IMG/VR virus record: IMGVR_UViG_3300037863_000082
Source: an uncultured virus (IMG/VR IMGVR_UViG_3300037863_000082)
Taxonomy: Duplodnaviria; Heunggongvirae; Uroviricota; Caudoviricetes
Reading direction: 5' to 3' (one strand)
Length of the DNA: 20,000 bases
Below, in pieces: positions 17,529 through 20,000 of the stretch (its first letter is position 1; every line of letters starts with the position of its first letter). The notes under the pieces are model-generated. The model did no database searches and had not been told where the DNA came from. It was given only the letters and a program-made list of their open reading frames with translations. The position numbers and the translations under genes are program-made.

Positions 17529-17811
17529 GACTCTTTAATTATAAATCCCTTTTTTATAAAAATATTATATTTTAAGTTTCGCGGTAAAGTTCGCGGCGAA
17601 TAAGAGTACCCAAACCTGTATGTATGACACATACAAGTATCGGTTATATACTGGGATATTCCGATATCACCGAATAGCCTTAAGCCTTATAGCCCTTATA
17701 GCCAGATAGTGTTTTATGTATGGGATAGTTAGCTCTGATCATTAGTCAGGATGACTCTTTTGATCAGATGAAACTCTTCATGCCCTCAAAAATATTTGCT
17801 ATACTCTATGT

Positions 17812-18009
17812 ATGACAGAAGTTAGATTTACGGATTTGTTTGACCCTAGACAGCCTAGATCAGATAAACAACTTGTTGATGCTCGTTTAGCTATTTGTAA
17901 TGATTGTCCCTGGCTAGATAAACGTCTAGTTAAATGCCGTCAATGTGGTTGTTTTATGAAATTAAAATCAACCTTAAAACAAGCTGAATGTCCTATAGGT
18001 AAGTGGTGA
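17812..18009 (+). CDS. Cys-rich protein (DUF6171-like), probably leaderless
   Basis: RLAICNDCP...CRQCGCFMKLK...CPIGKW. TG-C-TATACT (-10 at 17800-17805) lies 6 nt before the ATG. Confidence 0.85.
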   Translation: MTEVRFTDLFDPRQPRSDKQLVDARLAICNDCPWLDKRLVKCRQCGCFMKLKSTLKQAECPIGKW

Positions 18010-18012
18010 TTA

Positions 18013-18099
18013 ATGTATATTCCCAATGAGAAGAAAAGCTCTAATCAGGATGACGTTACACTATTTGATCCCTTCGAACATATGAGTGAAACATTCTAA
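18013..18099 (+). CDS. 28-aa mini-ORF MYIPNEKKSSNQDDVTLFDPFEHMSETF
   Basis: Starts 3 nt after the previous stop (GGTGA upstream) and abuts the next ORF. Confidence 0.45.
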   Translation: MYIPNEKKSSNQDDVTLFDPFEHMSETF

Positions 18100-18186
18100 A
18101 TGTTTGATGATACTGCATCATACAACAACCACCTCTGGGATGATACCTGGATGATTACTCCAAAGAAAGAAGAAAATGACTCTTAA
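18100..18186 (+). CDS. 28-aa mini-ORF MFDDTASYNNHLWDDTWMITPKKEENDS
   Basis: TAAATG junction with the upstream ORF and 11-nt overlap with the HTH gene. Confidence 0.45.
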   Translation: MFDDTASYNNHLWDDTWMITPKKEENDS

Positions 18187-18334
18187 ATACCATCATGATC
18201 CTACATACCTTCAGAAAAAAATAGATTTAGGAATGAAACCTAAAGAAATTGCTAATGAGCTTCGTGTTTCGTATAAACTTGTTGAATTGTACCTTCACAA
18301 ATTCAATATGCCCTTCATATCTCAAAAACCATAG
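18176..18334 (+). CDS. 52-aa helix-turn-helix DNA-binding protein
   Basis: MTLKYHHDPTYLQKKIDLGMKPKEIANELRVSYKLVELYLHKFNMPFISQKP. GMxxxEIAxELxVSxxxVxxYL is an HTH pattern. Below the ORF-track size cut-off. Confidence 0.75.
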   Translation: MTLKYHHDPTYLQKKIDLGMKPKEIANELRVSYKLVELYLHKFNMPFISQKP

Positions 18335-18463
18335 TAATAATGTTATAAAAATGTTATATTTCTAAAATATAAATTTTCTGAAAATTTCTTAATCTTGTAT
18401 GATACACGATCTACAGATATATTTTATTTCTATTAGTGCGCACACTGGCACGACCTTATATCT

Positions 18464-18510
18464 AATGGCCCGGACGCCATCATAAAGAATGACCCGGACG
18501 CCATCATAAA
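18464..18510. repeat. Tandem direct repeat, 23 nt x2 (period 24)
   Basis: AATGGCCCGGACGCCATCATAAA (18464-18486) and AATGACCCGGACGCCATCATAAA (18488-18510). Confidence 0.9.
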
Positions 18511-18544
18511 AAATACCCCTAGGATTTTTTTTATCCTAGGGGTA
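18508..18544 (-). terminator. Intrinsic terminator for the minus-strand mini-genes
   Basis: Perfect 12-bp stem TACCCCTAGGAT/ATCCTAGGGGTA (18514-18544) followed by U6 on the minus strand, 16 nt after the stop at 18561. Confidence 0.8.
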
Positions 18545-18560
18545 GGGGGTGGCGCTTGTA

Positions 18561-18755
18561 CTAAGCGACCACACCCAAGCGACCAAACAATTCTTCCCAA
18601 GTGGCTTGGGTATCCATCAAGATTGAAAAGTAACCTTCACCTTGACCAATATTCAGCTGAAAAATTTCAGCCTCAGACATAGTTGCGAATCCTTCTGAAC
18701 GCATAATTTCTTGACCATCGAAACGGTCGTATACTCTAATTTCATAACGGTTCAT
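18561..18755 (-). CDS. 64-aa hypothetical protein
   Basis: AGAAAGAAGG RBS, its own promoter (18786-18807) and a downstream terminator. Confidence 0.8.
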   Translation of the reverse strand: MNRYEIRVYDRFDGQEIMRSEGFATMSEAEIFQLNIGQGEGYFSILMDTQATWEELFGRLGVVA

Positions 18756-18785
18756 TTCTGACCTTCTTTCTTATTGATTGATTCT

Positions 18786-18807
18786 ATTCTAGCACTGACC
18801 ACTGACA
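18786..18807 (-). promoter_or_regulatory. RecA-NDp/PafBC-type promoter TGTCAG-N10-TAGAAT
   Basis: Minus strand TGTCAGTGGTCAGTGCTAGAAT. One of three copies with identical spacing. Confidence 0.7.
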
Positions 18808-18809
18808 CT

Positions 18810-18947
18810 CTAGACTAGTTCGTAGTCTAGAATCTCACCTTCAGATATCAACTGACCATATTTAGCCAAGACTGACTTGCGAGAGAACTCGCTGAACGAT
18901 AGTACTTTGACTGACTTGTCAAACTGAGTAACTTTGATTTGGAACAT
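18810..18947 (-). CDS. 45-aa hypothetical protein MFQIKVTQFDKSVKVLSFSEFSRKSVLAKYGQLISEGEILDYELV
   Basis: AAGG RBS. Paralog of 19852-19998, with many synonymous codon differences. Confidence 0.85.
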   Translation of the reverse strand: MFQIKVTQFDKSVKVLSFSEFSRKSVLAKYGQLISEGEILDYELV

Positions 18948-18980
18948 TTTGTAACCTTACTTTCTTATTTATATAACTAT

Positions 18981-19029
18981 ATCATCTCATGGATAACCGC
19001 AAAAGTCAAATCCATTTGCGGCGTGTCGC
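18981..19029 (-). promoter_or_regulatory. Promoter GACACGCC...TTGACT-N17-GATGAT
   Basis: TTGACTTTTGC is shared with the divergent promoter at 19126. The -10 is non-consensus but has the TG extension. Confidence 0.5.
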
Positions 19030-19065
19030 AATAATAATTTCAAACTCACAGCTTGTTCACAGGTA

Positions 19066-19124
19066 TGCGCGCACGCCTGTGGATAACATGTGGATAAGTA
19101 TTTTTGGTCTACACGGCGTGTCGC
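19066..19124 (+). repeat. Unit-head repeat copy 1: TGCGCGCA palindrome + two DnaA boxes + CGGCGTGTCGC
   Basis: 38/39 identity to 19729-19767, then a 9-nt variable spacer and an identical CGGCGTGTCGC. TGTGGATAA at 19078-19086 and 19089-19097. Confidence 0.92.
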
Positions 19125-19125
19125 C

Positions 19126-19154
19126 TTGACTTTTGCCTAATAGTGTGAAATACT
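19126..19154 (+). promoter_or_regulatory. Promoter TTGACT-N17-AATACT with TG extension
   Basis: Upstream of the AAGGAG RBS and ATG 19185. Confidence 0.55.
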
Positions 19155-19184
19155 AGAGGTATCAAATAAAGAAAGGAGTTCAAA

Positions 19185-19322
19185 ATGAACTTACTAGATG
19201 AAATGGAACTGGCTTACTGCGATGTATGCGGTAACTATGTTCCTACCGTTGAAGATGAGGGCGACCTCTTCTGTGCGTATGAGTACGCTGAGTACCCTGA
19301 CATTGCCAACATTGTTGGCTAG
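19185..19322 (+). CDS. 45-aa acidic CxxC mini-protein MNLLDEMELAYCDVCGNYVPTVEDEGDLFCAYEYAEYPDIANIVG
   Basis: GAAAGGAG RBS and an upstream promoter. Confidence 0.8.
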   Translation: MNLLDEMELAYCDVCGNYVPTVEDEGDLFCAYEYAEYPDIANIVG

Positions 19323-19344
19323 TGTCAGTGGTTGCTGATAGACT
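19323..19344 (+). promoter_or_regulatory. RecA-NDp/PafBC-type promoter TGTCAG-N10-TAGACT
   Basis: TGTCAGTGGTTGCTGATAGACT directly after the upstream stop and before the AGAAAGG RBS. Confidence 0.7.
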
Positions 19345-19372
19345 TTAGATATAAACAAGAAAGGTAAAACTA

Positions 19373-19516
19373 ATGAATCAAATTGACTACTCTCCTACTT
19401 ATGGCAAGGTGTACGCCACCTGCCCACGCTGTGAGAAAACTTTTATCGTAGACGCTTTTGTGCCTCATCACTTTTGTAACTACTGCCAGGGTAGCCTGAC
19501 TAAGAATGGTGTCTAA
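19373..19516 (+). CDS. 47-aa zinc-ribbon mini-protein
   Basis: MNQIDYSPTYGKVYATCPRCEKTFIVDAFVPHHFCNYCQGSLTKNGV with CPRC...CNYC. AGAAAGG RBS. Confidence 0.8.
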   Translation: MNQIDYSPTYGKVYATCPRCEKTFIVDAFVPHHFCNYCQGSLTKNGV

Positions 19517-19656
19517 TGCTAAAAACTTTTATCGGTGTATTTTTGCTAGGGGTAATGTTATCCTTCAGTGAAAATCTCTATGGCTATGCTCTAATCCCCC
19601 TGGCTATCTGTGGCGGTATGCTAGCGCTAGGCTTAGCATTAGAAAGAAAAGGCTAA
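19516..19656 (+). CDS. 46-aa two-TM membrane mini-protein
   Basis: MLKTFIGVFLLGVMLSFSENLYGYALIPLAICGGMLALGLALERKG. TAATG coupling at both ends. Confidence 0.75.
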   Translation: MLKTFIGVFLLGVMLSFSENLYGYALIPLAICGGMLALGLALERKG

Positions 19657-19712
19657 TGGATATCTGCCAGGATTGTGATGGCAATTGTAAGGTGTGCGGC
19701 GTGTCGACTTGA
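19656..19712 (+). CDS. 18-aa Cys peptide MDICQDCDGNCKVCGVST
   Basis: TAATG-coupled start with AAAGG upstream. CxxC-x3-CxxC pattern. Its end runs through the CGGCGTGTCG motif. Confidence 0.5.
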   Translation: MDICQDCDGNCKVCGVST

Positions 19713-19728
19713 CAGGACACCAAGGCGG

Positions 19729-19787
19729 TGCGCGCACGCCTGTGGATAACTTGTGGATAAGTATTTTCGGGGTTATCGGCGTGTCGC
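19729..19787 (+). repeat. Unit-head repeat copy 2: TGCGCGCA + two DnaA boxes + CGGCGTGTCGC
   Basis: Direct repeat of 19066-19124 at offset 663. TGTGGATAA at 19741-19749 and 19752-19760. Confidence 0.92.
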
Positions 19788-19795
19788 GTAGGTAA

Positions 19796-19817
19796 TGTCA
19801 GTGGTTGCTGGTATAGT
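19796..19817 (+). promoter_or_regulatory. RecA-NDp/PafBC-type promoter TGTCAG-N10-TATAGT
   Basis: TGTCAGTGGTTGCTGGTATAGT upstream of ATG 19852. Confidence 0.7.
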
Positions 19818-19851
19818 AGAACTAAGAATAGAAAATAGAAAGTAGAAAAAA

Positions 19852-19998
19852 ATGATAATCCTAAAACTAAAAGTAACTAACCTAGATGGCTCTCAAGTCA
19901 TCAAGTCATTCAGCGAGTTTGCTCGCACCTCAGTGTTGGCCAAATATGGTCAACTAATCTCTGAGGGTGAAATCCTAGATTTTGAGGTGGTATCCTAA
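19852..19998 (+). CDS. 48-aa hypothetical protein MIILKLKVTNLDGSQVIKSFSEFARTSVLAKYGQLISEGEILDFEVVS
   Basis: Paralog of 18810-18947. The stop overlaps a further ATG (19998-20000), so the unit continues past the window. Confidence 0.85.
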   Translation: MIILKLKVTNLDGSQVIKSFSEFARTSVLAKYGQLISEGEILDFEVVS

Positions 19999-20000
19999 TG

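Noticed and set aside
17730..17780. Hammerhead ribozyme (CTGAT...GAAAC resemblance)
   Set aside because: The core CUGAnGA is absent (CUGAUCA instead) and I could not build the three stems.
19053..19760. Bacterial chromosomal oriC
   Set aside because: No dnaA/dnaN/rpmH context. The boxes lie within duplicated unit heads among phage mini-genes.
18464..19787. CRISPR array interpretation of the repeats
   Set aside because: Only two copies of each repeat, separated by either 1 nt or ~600 nt of genes, and no cas genes.
1..20000. tRNA, rRNA, integrase or transposase genes
   Set aside because: None recognisable by eye. A tRNAscan/Infernal run would be needed to exclude them formally.

Overview
Window from a tailed dsDNA phage genome. 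The host is probably a low-GC (freshwater-type) actinobacterium; this is inferred from a DUF2746-like lysis-associated membrane protein, apparent leaderless promoters and actinobacterial-style regulatory motifs. 1-16152 is a minus-strand virion/tail module. It includes a >2400-aa repeat protein that runs off the left edge and is absent from the ORF track, plus Mtd_N, FN3/Ig/Gly-rich and adaptor-like proteins. 16178-17528 is a lysis module (M23 peptidase and membrane protein), interrupted by a long hairpin and a (TA)n/palindrome tract between convergent promoters. 17812-18334 is a small plus-strand operon (Cys-rich protein, two mini-ORFs, HTH protein). The most unusual part is 18436-20000, an array of mini-gene units in both orientations. 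The units are delimited by TGCGCGCA palindromes followed by paired perfect DnaA boxes and CGGCGTGTCG motifs. Three of their promoters match the actinobacterial RecA-NDp/PafBC DNA-damage consensus, and two units carry inverted paralogous genes. All family assignments come from motif recognition by eye, not from searches.
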